27,494 nt of DNA from Priapulus caudatus (taxonomy: Eukaryota). Position numbers and translations under genes: made by a program. Each line of letters opens with the position of its first letter. Position 1 is the stretch's first letter. The stretch covers positions 1,702,013 to 1,729,506 of the forward strand of contig NW_014577061.1 in assembly GCF_000485595.1 (NCBI RefSeq), written 5' to 3'. Positions 1 to 10,442 of this stretch are shown piece after piece. The notes under the pieces were generated by a model. That model did not search any database, was not told where the DNA came from, and worked only from the letters and a program-made list of their open reading frames with translations.

Positions 1-1484
1 CCAAAATGAATTTCCTTTCTGCGCCGATGAGGAAAACATCATTATGGCGTGCGGATGAGGCAGAGTGCAATTACGGACAGGCGCGCTGTTGGCAAAGAGA
101 TGAATAGCCAGCGTGACCTGACTCTTCCCTTCCTGTCGAAGCTCGATGCACATCTCGGTGTAGCTGTAGGAAAAAGTGGGCCGCGCATCGCACGGGCAGG
201 GCCGCAATGTCGTCGTTACGGCGAACAGCGACTTCCATGGCTGGACAATGCGGGCACACGACCGCGTACTCGCCACTCTAGCTGGCAAACACGGTTACGG
301 AACCACCCACCGCCGTATAGCCGAGCCATGCCTCCCTCTCTCCCTGCCTGCCTCCCCTCCGGCACGCGATCTCACGTAACCACGGCTTCAGTCATTGGGC
401 ACAGTGCCATAATGTTGTTTACCATAACTCTTTGCGGTCATGGACATTGCACTCTGATTACATCCAGAAACAGGGCAGTAAATTAGAGCTTGAAACGCGA
501 AATAAGTGATATTTGCAATTTCATATACGTTTGTTCATTAGTACACAAAGGCATTGACCGCGGCATGGTGCCTGGAAAGACGGCACGACTGAAACACAGC
601 CGCTGGGATAGCCAGCGGGTGATTTTAGCCTAATGCTATGAAATCTAAGAGTCATGCAAAGCATAGAGCCACAACACTGTTGCACACATAGACAGATACG
701 CGGAAGCGCATGCGCGCACACATGTATGCACCTAATATAAACGTGAACGCACATGATATGGCCATAGCTGCATCACTGTGAGTACCTTTTATGGCTACCT
801 TATATATAATGAAAGAAGATCATTATAAACTGTCGTACTTCGATGATACAATCTTCAACACAATTGCGTAACGCGCATGTACAACTAACATCAGAGCAAG
901 TCGTGGCAACGTAATCGGTCATTGTGACGCCCAGACACCAACGTCCAGAGAGGAATCTTGTGGCGAAAAAGGTGCTCACTACCGATGCCATTACATATAC
1001 TGATATAGGGCTCTCAACAACCACATAAAAGACCTCCCCATCGCCGTTACTGCTGCGTTAGTATTTGCTGATTGTCTCGTACCGCTAAATATATTTCGCA
1101 ACCAGTTGGTCTCGGTTCCCTACCTGCCATTTCTGATCAGGTTGCCTAATTGCACTTTGATTGATGGTTTTTACCATCACGTATATATGCAACTTTTAAT
1201 GAGCTACGCGCCTGCATTGCAGTTGAAAACTAATTGTCGGAACCCAGTTTTCATTACATGCCAGCAAGTGTTCATTACATGCCGATCGCTCGATAAGGCC
1301 ATAAAACCACCGCTCTACATTTGGTCAAGCCGGAGAGACGCACGTACGTACCTGCCGGTAGGGAATACACCCCCCACGGAAATCACACTTGCAGCGGCAG
1401 ATTATAACGCAGCGTACCCATCGTTTGAACCGTGCTTATTTGCGCTGCCTTGATAAGGTCCGTAGATCGCTTCATATTTTTCAG

Positions 1485-1530
1485 CTGCCCCTGCGTACAG
1501 CGTAGAGGTGGCTTCGGTTCGGGTTTTCAG
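1485..1530 (+). other. candidate short exon (probably non-coding)
   Basis: Acceptor atatttttcag ends at 1484. Donor CAG|gttagc follows 1530, then an 86-nt intron-like gap to the next acceptor. Confidence 0.25.
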
Positions 1531-1616
1531 GTTAGCCGCAGCGAGTAACCTTGTCTCTGTAGCAGTTTCCCGTTTTTAAATGCTATTTAATCGATCCACT
1601 GTCATTTCATTTTCAG

Positions 1617-1682
1617 GTGGGCCTGCCTACCTGAACGAATAGCTTTAGTTTCAACAACACGGGCGGTGGGACACGCTTGATG
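1617..1682 (+). other. candidate non-coding/5'UTR exon ending in ATG
   Basis: Strong acceptor catttcattttcag (1616) and consensus donor ATG|gtgagt. All three frames contain stops. Confidence 0.35.
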
Positions 1683-2825
1683 GTGAGTTGGTTTTCGATT
1701 TCCTGCCCAGCCAGCAATAGTAGTCCCGATATAGTCTTTGTTGTAGCTTGCCTCTGCAGCTCTCTGGAACTCATAGTATGTCTTTGAGCAAAATCCATTG
1801 GGAAAACGTTCGTTTAGGTAGAGATGAGAATAAACGCCATATAAGCAAATAATAGGTTTACAAATTCTTGAATTTAAGTTTCTATCTACAATCTACGGAA
1901 TCACTCGCAAGCGAGTATGATTGTATAGAAGTTCTAAAATTATTCTCTGTGCATTCTCAGATGACTTATAAATCCTATACGCGAACCACACATCTTGCCA
2001 CACACTTGACAGCTGTTTCCAGGGGATAGGGGTGGAATTTTTTTCTTCTTCCCGGTACCTTGAAATTAGGTTTATACAAGATGATAAAGCACAAACTGAA
2101 TCAAATCTTCTATATCGGCAGTAGTTTACTATAGGAGGTAGTACGGTGATATTTTTTGCGATTGATGATATTTAAAACTTTTATATACTTGATGAGCGTA
2201 TGTAAAGACTGCCTGTACCATCTCTCCATCCACCTCACGCCGTACACGTCTTCACGGCTCCGAGAGCCGGCGAGGGACGGTGGGGGGACAATTGTGCGTA
2301 TTGTGAATCCTTCCTTTATGCTACGGCTGTCAGTTTATGTCCAGGTAACGCTCGACTTCACTGCTTCAGCAATTCATATCAATCTTATTCATTTTGCGCA
2401 ATTTTCGTCATATATGGAGCATTAAATTCGCGTTAAATGCGGTGTTAAATGGTGGCCTTAGATTTTCTTATATTTACCTTTTTATCGGTGTTAGAGTTAT
2501 GTACGAATAGTGTTCCAGAATATTTTAGACAAAAGTGTAAAAAAAAGTCGCAAAGGTTAGGAATGGCACGAGAAAGGATCGATACAATAATCATGATGAC
2601 AAATGCATGGACGTTCACGTTCACAGTCGGGCCGCCATTTCACCTAAATTCGTGTAATATTTCTCAATAATATTTTGCAGAACTAGTATTGTTAGGTAAC
2701 TGGCGTGGAAGTTAACGGCCAATTAAGCCGGCGTGCCCCACGCGAGCACAAATATGAAAGACAATAGCACATTAAAACATGACGTCAGAATAACCAGCTA
2801 TTGATAACCGGTCGTGACCGTAACC

Positions 2826-3273
2826 CGTTTGACCCACATGTTTCAAATTGCATGCAGTTGTTACTTTTATGGGAGAGGTTTGAACGTCCTATTTTGGAGC
2901 ACGCCAGTCGACCTACTTTCGAGCCACGCCCACTTTTTGGCAAAAATGGGAATGGCCATCTAGTTTCATTCGATTTTGTTAAATTTACCTACCTACCTAC
3001 CTACCTAATCATACCTATCATACCATCTATCGCCCAGATTTCAGACATTCAGATCAGAAACATTTATTTTAGCATCAAAACTAACCCTAAAACAAACCAG
3101 TGAAATTTCTATTAGTATAAAACAGGGAATAAGGACATTTGATCACATTTCGGTCTGTCATAAATGAAACACTTGCCAAATTTGTCATAAATGAAACACT
3201 TGCCAAATTTTAAATATCATCCCCCTTTTCTATCACGCCCAAGGTGAGCTATAGTGTCATTGACACCTTCATT
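2826..3273 (+). mobile_element. degraded HINE/Helentron-like non-autonomous element (3' end recognisable, 5' boundary approximate)
   Basis: Ends in aggtgagcta plus hairpin gtgtca-t-tgacac (3254-3266) and a short T-rich tail. Contains an internal (TACC)n run and a tttgaccc motif. No matching 5' subterminal repeat was found. Confidence 0.3.
3156..3209. repeat. perfect 27-bp tandem duplication
   Basis: tgtcataaatgaaacacttgccaaatt occurs twice (3156-3182, 3183-3209). Confidence 0.95.
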
Positions 3274-3585
3274 ACTAATAAAGTCAGAGTTACGTAACGA
3301 ATCTGATTTGGAGACTTGCTCTACTACGATCTATAACACGGACCTACAATCTACGATCGGCAATCCCTCATACCTGCGACAATCTACAAGATGATTCCCG
3401 AGGTTTCTCAACATTCTTCACACTACAACAGTAGCGTTTGATGCAAGTATTATATCAAGCGGGATTTTCCAGCGTTGAAATATTAAGCAATATGAGCTTC
3501 TCAAGTAGCGTGGAACATTCTATTTGTTCCAAAAACCACATCTGTTAAGTATAGACGTATTTTATTAAGATGGGTTGTAAGTGTC

Positions 3586-3590
3586 GTGTG

Positions 3591-3638
<48 letters not shown>

Positions 3639-3695
3639 TGTGTGTGTGCGTGCGTGCGTGCGTGCGTGTGCGTGTGCGTGTGCGTGTGCGTGCGC
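3586..3695. repeat. (CGTG)n/(GT)n/(CGTGTG)n compound microsatellite
   Basis: Directly visible alternating purine-pyrimidine tract. Confidence 0.95.
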
Positions 3696-4223
3696 ATATA
3701 CGTGCGTGCATATAGATAGATCTCTATCTTTCTGTGAGTTTGTACACAGTGGTGTGCATGCGGTGAAATTGAGTGTTGCAAAGGAGCATTTGAACGGCAT
3801 TTACGTGGAATTATTGCGTGTATATGCTCTGCACCAATTACAATGCGGTATTTCTACAGCCATTTAACACTCATTTTTCAGTACTGCTTTGGGAATGGTC
3901 ACTTTCGTTTTAATTAGCGTCTAGTTCAAATTTTATTGAGCCGTGGATCTGGCCAGATCCGAATATCTATCGAGCGAGTGCTTGTACCTGATACACATGC
4001 CGTGACCAACCTGCTAGATAGCTACCCCTGATAAAAAGCAAAGTCAACAAGGCGTAATTTGCAAGGAACTTGTAACAGAGGTGTTGCTTGCATTGTCAAG
4101 TATTTGCCACCTTTGACCTCAACAGCCCGTACACAGTTTTCTGGCATAGCAATGGTGAGCAAAAATGCATGTTTGACGGAAAAAGGTTTCGAATCGACAA
4201 CACGCAATTACGTGGAACATACC

Positions 4224-4597
4224 ATGGCTGAGACAGCACTATAAGACTAGTCCCAATGATGAATGGCAAGTGCCATTTAGGAGACATGTAGCAGAAAGTA
4301 ACTGACAAATCACTATAAGATTTTTACCAGTGATGAATGACAACTAGTAATATATGTATGAGCCATGGAAGAGACAATGGCTGAGACGTCATTGTGAGAC
4401 TAGGACAATTGATGAATGACAACTAGTATGCATGAGCCATGGAAGAGACAATGGCTGAGACGTCATTGTGAGAATGGTGACCAATGATGAGTGACAAGTG
4501 CTGCGTATGAGACATGTAAGAGACAATGGCTGAGACATCGGTACGAGACTTTTACCCTTGATAAATGACAAGTACTTGTGTGAGACCTGGAGGGTCA
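4224..4597. repeat. degenerate ~74-bp tandem array, five units
   Basis: atggctgagac starts units at 4224, 4377, 4451 and 4526, with a diverged unit at 4298. All units share the core tgatRaRtgRcaa. Confidence 0.9.
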
Positions 4598-4682
4598 GTC
4601 GGCGGTCAACGAAGAGTGCATCCTTATAATAGCAATAATAGCAATAATTAAGGCAAGGAATAAACAAAGGTGTGAGATATAA

Positions 4683-4752
4683 CCAAGAGCTAATAATACC
4701 TACTGCTATTATTATATTTATTATTAATACCTATTCTATTATTAGCTCTTGG
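4683..4752. mobile_element. 70-bp MITE-like palindromic insertion
   Basis: Perfect 16-bp inverted ends ccaagagctaataata / tattattagctcttgg. Flanks are tataa / tatga. A related copy lies at 22802-22871. Confidence 0.7.
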
Positions 4753-4862
4753 TATGACTACAAGGCACAGACCATCAGTACCGACAGAAGAGTCTAAACT
4801 CGGCGGTGCGTGAGAATGTACAATGAATACGATGTATGAAGCGTGAGGGATGCTAATCGTGC

Positions 4863-4896
<34 letters not shown>
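4863..4896. repeat. (TTA)n microsatellite
   Basis: Directly visible. Confidence 0.95.
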
Positions 4897-4897
<1 letters not shown>

Positions 4898-6361
4898 TAT
4901 CGTAAGTTCGTTATTAGCTACGACTGCCGACGGTTCGTTAAGTTACTAATAGATGTTAGGTTTGAACCGTTTCAGCATTCGCATGATCGCTGTGCGTGTT
5001 ATTGCATCAAATTCACGGCGATGATTCATACGTTTCGCGGATGCACGTGCACGTTCGAGTCGCACGCACAAAATGTGAACGAATATAATAAAGTTCCTCT
5101 TTATCGCGAGGGAACTACAGCGCGGTCTAATATCGTAGTTTTTCCTGGTGTTGTTGGGTGGTGTGCAACTGTTGAAGCTCTGTGTGCAAGGTGTATGTCG
5201 GTGCGGGTTCAATTTGCTGCGTTCCTGCTAATATCTATTAAAAATATCGTAGATAATTGATGCTGATAATTAAAGCGTGATATATTACTTGTGCTCGAAG
5301 CAAATAACTGTCCCTTTGTCTGGTGGACAGTTGGTCTCGGAGCGCGTGTATGCACACGGATATGCAATGGGTCACACATACATCCCACCCCACTGCACTG
5401 ATAACCTCCCTGATGACTGTCAACAACAGATACTCTGACCAGTATGGGATTGACACGATCGGTATATGCTGCCCAAAAACGAGATGCTTTTACAAATATT
5501 GACACGCTAGCCTGAGAAATAAATTCTGTCGCCGTATATCTGATAACACAAAACTAGTGCAAGCGAAGATCATGGTATATAGCGTTTGTTTCCTACTATC
5601 GGCGCTGCATGGCACGGATGACCAGTCGTATGTAATACCGCCAGGTAACACGATTATATAGACAGACACATTTAAGCACATTTTACGTTCAGTGCCGGCC
5701 GACGGCGCAAGGATCAAGCCCGCGTGTAGCGCGGTTACTCAACACTCCACACGGATTCGTTGTCCAAAACTCTGTGAGTTTCTCTCTCTCGAGTGAAATT
5801 AGTACAGATATTGTTGCTAGTGTCGTCAAATGAGTCGCACGTCGGAGAGACGTAGCAACTAGAGAACGCCTGCGGGTTGGCTGTTTTGCTATACAGGCAT
5901 TACTGTTTTCTGATGAATGGAAAAAAACGAGCTTCGGATAATGCTACCCGTAATGTCAGCAGATGCCATTCCGTCCCTAACTGAATATCGGACCGCATCA
6001 GTGTGCCGACGTCGCAAGCTGTGGAAATTAGTGAGCGCTGTCCACTAACAACTGACCAAGACGGGCGTGTCAATCCAAAGATCCATCTCTATTCATTTAC
6101 ACTGCGGACGTAAGCCTGCGCCAGCCTCGTGTACATGCGGGAGAGGAGGGGAGAGGGATGGATTTTATGTCGCGGTGGCGGCTCATTTTCGGTCTCCGTG
6201 TGAGCGCGCTGGTCAGCACTGTTTATCGATGAGAAATATTGATCTGGCATCGCAGTAGTGGAATTCTTTATCTCGCCACTCAAGTAGCCGCGGCCTCGTG
6301 GTCATGCGTACTGGCATGGCGCTGCGTGTTTGTGTGTACGACCAAGACACGCGGTTCTGCG

Positions 6362-6480
6362 CGAGAGAGAGAGAGAGAGAGAGCGCTCGCTCGCGAGACA
6401 CAGGCCGCGAGAGAGAGAGAGAGAGAGAGAGAAAGAGCGTGCGCGCGCGCGAGAGAGAGGGATATAGATAGATAGAGCGA
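6362..6480. repeat. interrupted (GA)n tract with (CG)n blocks
   Basis: Directly visible. Confidence 0.95.
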
Positions 6481-6544
6481 GCGTCCAGGTAACATATTTT
6501 TCGTCGTGCGCATGCAAAAACCGCTGCCGCACAGCTACGCATGC

Positions 6545-6583
6545 TATAAAGCACGGCAACACGGGCGGAAGTAGGCATAGTTT
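6545..6583 (+). promoter_or_regulatory. candidate core promoter (TATA box, ETS-like site, Inr-like element)
   Basis: TATAAAG at 6545-6551, gcggaagt at 6565-6572 and catagttt at 6576-6583 (about 32 bp after TATA). A GAGA tract lies upstream, the context is CpG-rich, and a gtgagt donor follows at 6849. Confidence 0.3.
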
Positions 6584-6727
6584 CTCCTCGCGCTCTCTCC
6601 GTCCGTGGATCCGTCCATATTCGCGCGATATACGATATACTATCGGTCTCGTCTGTGCGCTACCGTCGTTGAGGGGATTTTTACGTGCACCGTAACTGAC
6701 CGCCGCGGCTGTCCTACACTGTTTCAG

Positions 6728-6848
6728 TTTACGCTGCAGCAGCTGGTTGGATCCGAGCGGGGCGGACATTGCTGTGGCTGACATAGCTCCGCACAGAGGA
6801 GGAAGCCGCTACCTGCGTCCACGCGACCGTGGCCGCCACGTCTCACAT
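6728..6848 (+). other. candidate exon
   Basis: Acceptor ctgtttcag (6727) and donor CAT|gtgagt. One frame is open (LRCSSWLDPSGADIAVADIAPHRGGSRYLRPRDRGRHVSH) with no recognisable homology. It could instead be the end of a first exon starting near 6577. Confidence 0.3.
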
Positions 6849-7499
6849 GTGAGTATGCCAACGTGCGACGTATCTGTAATCTCGCATTTCACGTTTTGTC
6901 CTTCATTTCCGATTCCTTCATTCCGATGTATCGGGCCACGTCGTCGTTGGACTTTCTCATTCATTGCATATCATTCAACTTGGTTCGCTGACACGATTTT
7001 CTGCAAGCTGCGCGCGGATTTTAGGCTGAACTGGTTGACGAATATATATGATCGCTCCTGATGTTATATATGCTATTCATATTGCCTATCGTATTATAAT
7101 ATGCTATGCTGATCAAGGACATTGTTAATCACGAGTGTGCTGCGGTGTATTGCGCCGGTAACGCGGTACGTGTGTAACCGTTTTCCCTCAGTAATGCATA
7201 GCTTGCAGAGGTTAACATAAGGAAACGCAACATAACGTAAGGAAACGTGACATAGATGAGGCTGTCATGAATTAGCGGGACATTATAACGTGATTAACCT
7301 TGCGGGGGTGCAGGAAATGCATGTCACGGGAATATCGTATACCGAAGAACGTTTTATATGGGTGGACTGAAATGAAAAATACTAACTTAATTCAAAACAA
7401 TAGTAGAGAAATAAGAGTTTAGGCAGGCGTATACCCTACAACACACATCTAGTTGCTACAACGTACACATACAGTGCAACAGAATACATTCGCCCACCG

Positions 7500-7654
7500 A
7501 ATATAATAGAGACATGTTGTGAGTATGATTGCGTTATTCATTACATAATCTGGAACATTCGCAACAAGTCAACAACCTTTAATAAATCAACAACTTATAA
7601 AAACACTGTCGTGAGAATGATTCACATACGGACTAACCACACCGGGATAAAGAT
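7500..7654 (+). repeat. ~155-bp direct repeat, copy 1
   Basis: aatataatagagacatg...tgttgtgagtatgattgc...ggaacattcgcaa...atacggactaacYacaccgggataaagat is shared with 8827-8992. Confidence 0.9.
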
Positions 7655-7668
7655 CTGGATATACAACA

Positions 7669-8219
7669 TTAGTGGGTTTTCTTTCGGGGGCAAGGAGGAA
7701 ATGATGCAATGATACTCATTGCATAGCCTGTAAACATGAAATATCCAAGATGTTTCCAGAACGTTTTAATGTGCAATGTGTAATGTACAGAAAGTTTCTA
7801 TAAGTCCATTGTGCCATATGGAATGAACAGATAAGTTCTATTGCGTAGTAAGAGGTTTTCAGAAAGGTTCTAGAAAATCAAATTGTGTAGTATTGTAAAG
7901 TGACTTCTAGCGACCTTACATGACCTATGAGGTCGGATTTGACCTCATCCACCCAACCATTAGTGGGGTCGAGGGACATTCATATCATTCATAACGAACT
8001 TTCTACCTGGCGTCGTTAAGTCACAAGTGACTGTCTTGGGCCTCCGATGACCTCCTGTGACCTCCAGTGACATCTGAGGTCAACCACACTTATCCCACGA
8101 CACTCCCCGGTTCAAGTCATCTCCGTGGACCAATTCGCAGCCCCCACGAACCAACTGTTTGGTCGCCTGTATAGCCGGACAGACAACAGATGAACAATCA
8201 TCGGAAACATTAGTGTAGA
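7669..8219 (-). mobile_element. probable non-autonomous Helitron-like element
   Basis: The minus strand reads A|TCTACACTAATG...tgtctgtccg...CTAA|T, i.e. 5' TC, 3' CTRR and an A/T insertion site. A decayed subterminal hairpin is possible near 7677-7693, and tgacct motifs repeat internally. Confidence 0.45.
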
Positions 8220-8826
8220 TTAGTACTAGTGTCGTTGTGTATATTGCATTGTTATGAACATATATGTATACGTACAGATGGGATTCCTATGTTCATAGCA
8301 TTCATGCATTAAATGAAAAGGTCCTTGGCACCTTACTCTGTCGTCATTTATACACACATGAAACTCTAATTTATTATTTTATTATAACGCCGTTAAATAC
8401 TTAATCATGTGTAAGTTAATCATTGCTGTGAATTTGAAGTCACAGTGTCTCCGACATGTGACATTTCATACTTTTTCTTATGATATATCTTATCTCCATG
8501 ATCTTGAATTTTTTAACTTATTCCAAGAAATAATGACCGTCATAGCATTACACTTCCAATTTTATTAGAATGTGCTCTATGGGTAGAGAAGATCACGTCA
8601 GATGAAAGAGATAACAGACTCAGTGACGTCGACATTGCCACTGAAAGCTGAACTCGAAATTTGCCGCAGAAAATTACAAATGGCTACCGTTGCGGACTTG
8701 CACAGACGTAATTGGCCAGCATATCGAAATAGCCGGCCTCTATTGGTTGATGCTAAGCTACACGTGTAGAACCGGTCTAAAGCGGCACAAAACAGCTTTA
8801 CTTTTTCGGATTGTTTCTCGCAGCTA

Positions 8827-8992
8827 AATATAATAGAGACATGATGGGTATAATATAAATTAATCGTGTTGTGAGTATGATTGCATTATTACATAATCGG
8901 GAACATTCGCAATAACAACAACTTGTAATACATTAGAAAAACACTTTCGTGAGAAGGATTAGAATACGGACTAACTACACCGGGATAAAGAT
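8827..8992 (+). repeat. ~165-bp direct repeat, copy 2
   Basis: Aligns with 7500-7654, with a ~25-bp extra segment near 8843-8867 and scattered substitutions. Confidence 0.9.
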
Positions 8993-9576
8993 TATGTTCA
9001 CGCGCGAACGAAAATAACACGTTTTATAAAATGCGCATTTCGCAATATTATAAAATGCGTCGACGTTAAATAATAATTTACAAGTCGTTTTATCGTAGAG
9101 CGCTTGTCTAAGCGAGATGGAATAAGTAACCGGTCGTCTGGTGACAGCCTAGTCACGTGGCGCTTTCTTAGCAACGTGGATACGTAGGCCTACGTAGAAT
9201 GATGGTAGCGAAACGTTGAGAAAGCGACAGCAATACTGAGAATAATGAGATGAGTGTAAATGAATTTCGTCGACGTAGACTATAGCTGACGGGTAGAGTA
9301 TATGTCAACGAATCTCTACAGCTGTATTGTGTCACTTTTTTTTTATATAGATCGGTGTACTATGGACGCCTTATGGTTGTATTTTTGCATTGTATTTTTC
9401 ATTCGCGTACATTTATATATAACGCGTATATTATAACATTCGCGTATACGATATTGTGTGATTTAATAAGTTTTATCAACCACAGTTTACTGTATATTTA
9501 ATTATATTAGTCGAGTTATCAGCTATAACTTTACAACGATGGTAGTTAAAGTTTGGGGAATTTTGGGAAGCACTGC

Positions 9577-9782
9577 CATTGGCCGTAGCTAAGGGGGAAA
9601 GGGGCAGTTGCTCCCCAGAGAAATGTAGATACATAACATGGTCAATGGCGGTAACCTTCCAGAACACAACCCGCACGTGGCTTTGCCCCAGGCAAATTGG
9701 GTTAGCTAAGCTTCTAACTGGCGAGTTATGAAATTTCTGGCGCCCCTTTGTCAGAAACATCATAAATAGTTGCGACATCATG
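9577..9782. mobile_element. degraded hAT-like MITE fragment
   Basis: Starts cattggccgtagctaagggggaaaggggcagttgctcccc, resembling common CAGTGGCGTAGCTAG(G)n MITE ends. The right end matches only loosely and there is no TSD. Confidence 0.3.
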
Positions 9783-10189
9783 AATCTAAAAGTTCATAAC
9801 ATTTTGCACTTATGGTGGTCATAACTATTTATGATGTCAATGACAACAGGCCCTGCAACATAATGTGACATTTATATACGTGCGGTATTTTAATATTTTA
9901 ATGATTACTCGATACCCGCCCGGCTAGGTACGGGTATCGCAGCAGTAAATAGTGCGTTAATAAAGCGACTTTCCTGCGTGGCTGACGGCTCTTGGCGTCT
10001 TGCAGGGCAATCACGCTAATCCAGTCATTTGTCCGATCTGAAAAGGTTACTCGCGCTAATTGCAATAATTCAATACGTTGCGAGCAGGTTTTTTTGCTGA
10101 AAGCTGTTGGCGTACTGTCCGCGTCTCTGGGCATGCATGGCCCATGCATGCCCGCGTTATTAACGTTGCGCGGGTAGCAGCAGAGTGCC

Positions 10190-10442
10190 ATGCCATTGTG
10201 TCTCTCGCCCCGCCCACAACCTCCCAACCTGGGGGTGGGGCAAGGCGGATCCACCGGTGAGCGTAGAGCGTGTGCTGCACGTTTTCGGGAGCGCGTTGCG
10301 CCAATTTAACACCGGTTTACTTTTTGCTTTGACGAATGTTGATTCGGCCATTGGATATGCTTGTCCAGCCGAGGGCTGGCACGCGGAGCTTGCCTCGCTG
10401 CTCCTGCCGGCCCATCGATCAGTCGCAGGGTGCCAGCAGGCT
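10190..10442 (+). other. candidate two-exon unit (10190-10256 and 10369-10442)
   Basis: Donor CCG|gtgagc, 112-nt intron, acceptor ttgtccag, donor GCT|gtgagt. The splice keeps a frame open from the ATG at 10190. Confidence 0.25.

Noticed and set aside
118..163. Minus-strand 46-nt exon candidate (YTEMCIELRQEGKSQ in one frame)
   Set aside because: The acceptor is good but the donor gtcacg is weak, the peptide is unrecognised and no partner exon was found.
49..486. 145-aa ORF
   Set aside because: GTG start, no recognisable motif, and length within chance expectation for GC-rich sequence.
2135..2155. let-7-like gaggtagta; also miR-100-like (15723), bantam-like (23075) and miR-124-like (24990) matches
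   Set aside because: Matches cover only 9-11 nt, diverge afterwards and lack pre-miRNA hairpin geometry.
4224..4597. CRISPR array or LRR/VLR-cassette reading of the 74-bp repeat
   Set aside because: Whole units are homologous (no unique spacers), unit lengths mostly break frame, there is no LxxLxL pattern and there are no cas genes.
5157..5320. tRNA-derived SINE head (gggttcaattt B-box-like)
   Set aside because: The A box and cloverleaf are not recoverable; too degenerate to support.
7213..7252. Small tandem duplications (also 1250-1283)
   Set aside because: Ordinary slippage-scale duplications with no further structure.
7500..8992. LTR retrotransposon/TRIM
   Set aside because: The repeats lack TG...CA termini, and no PBS, PPT or TSD is visible.
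9910..9939. 9-bp stem hairpin cgatacccg...cgggtatcg as a terminator or Helitron end
   Set aside because: Eukaryotic context, with no U-tract and no CTRR terminus at the expected distance.
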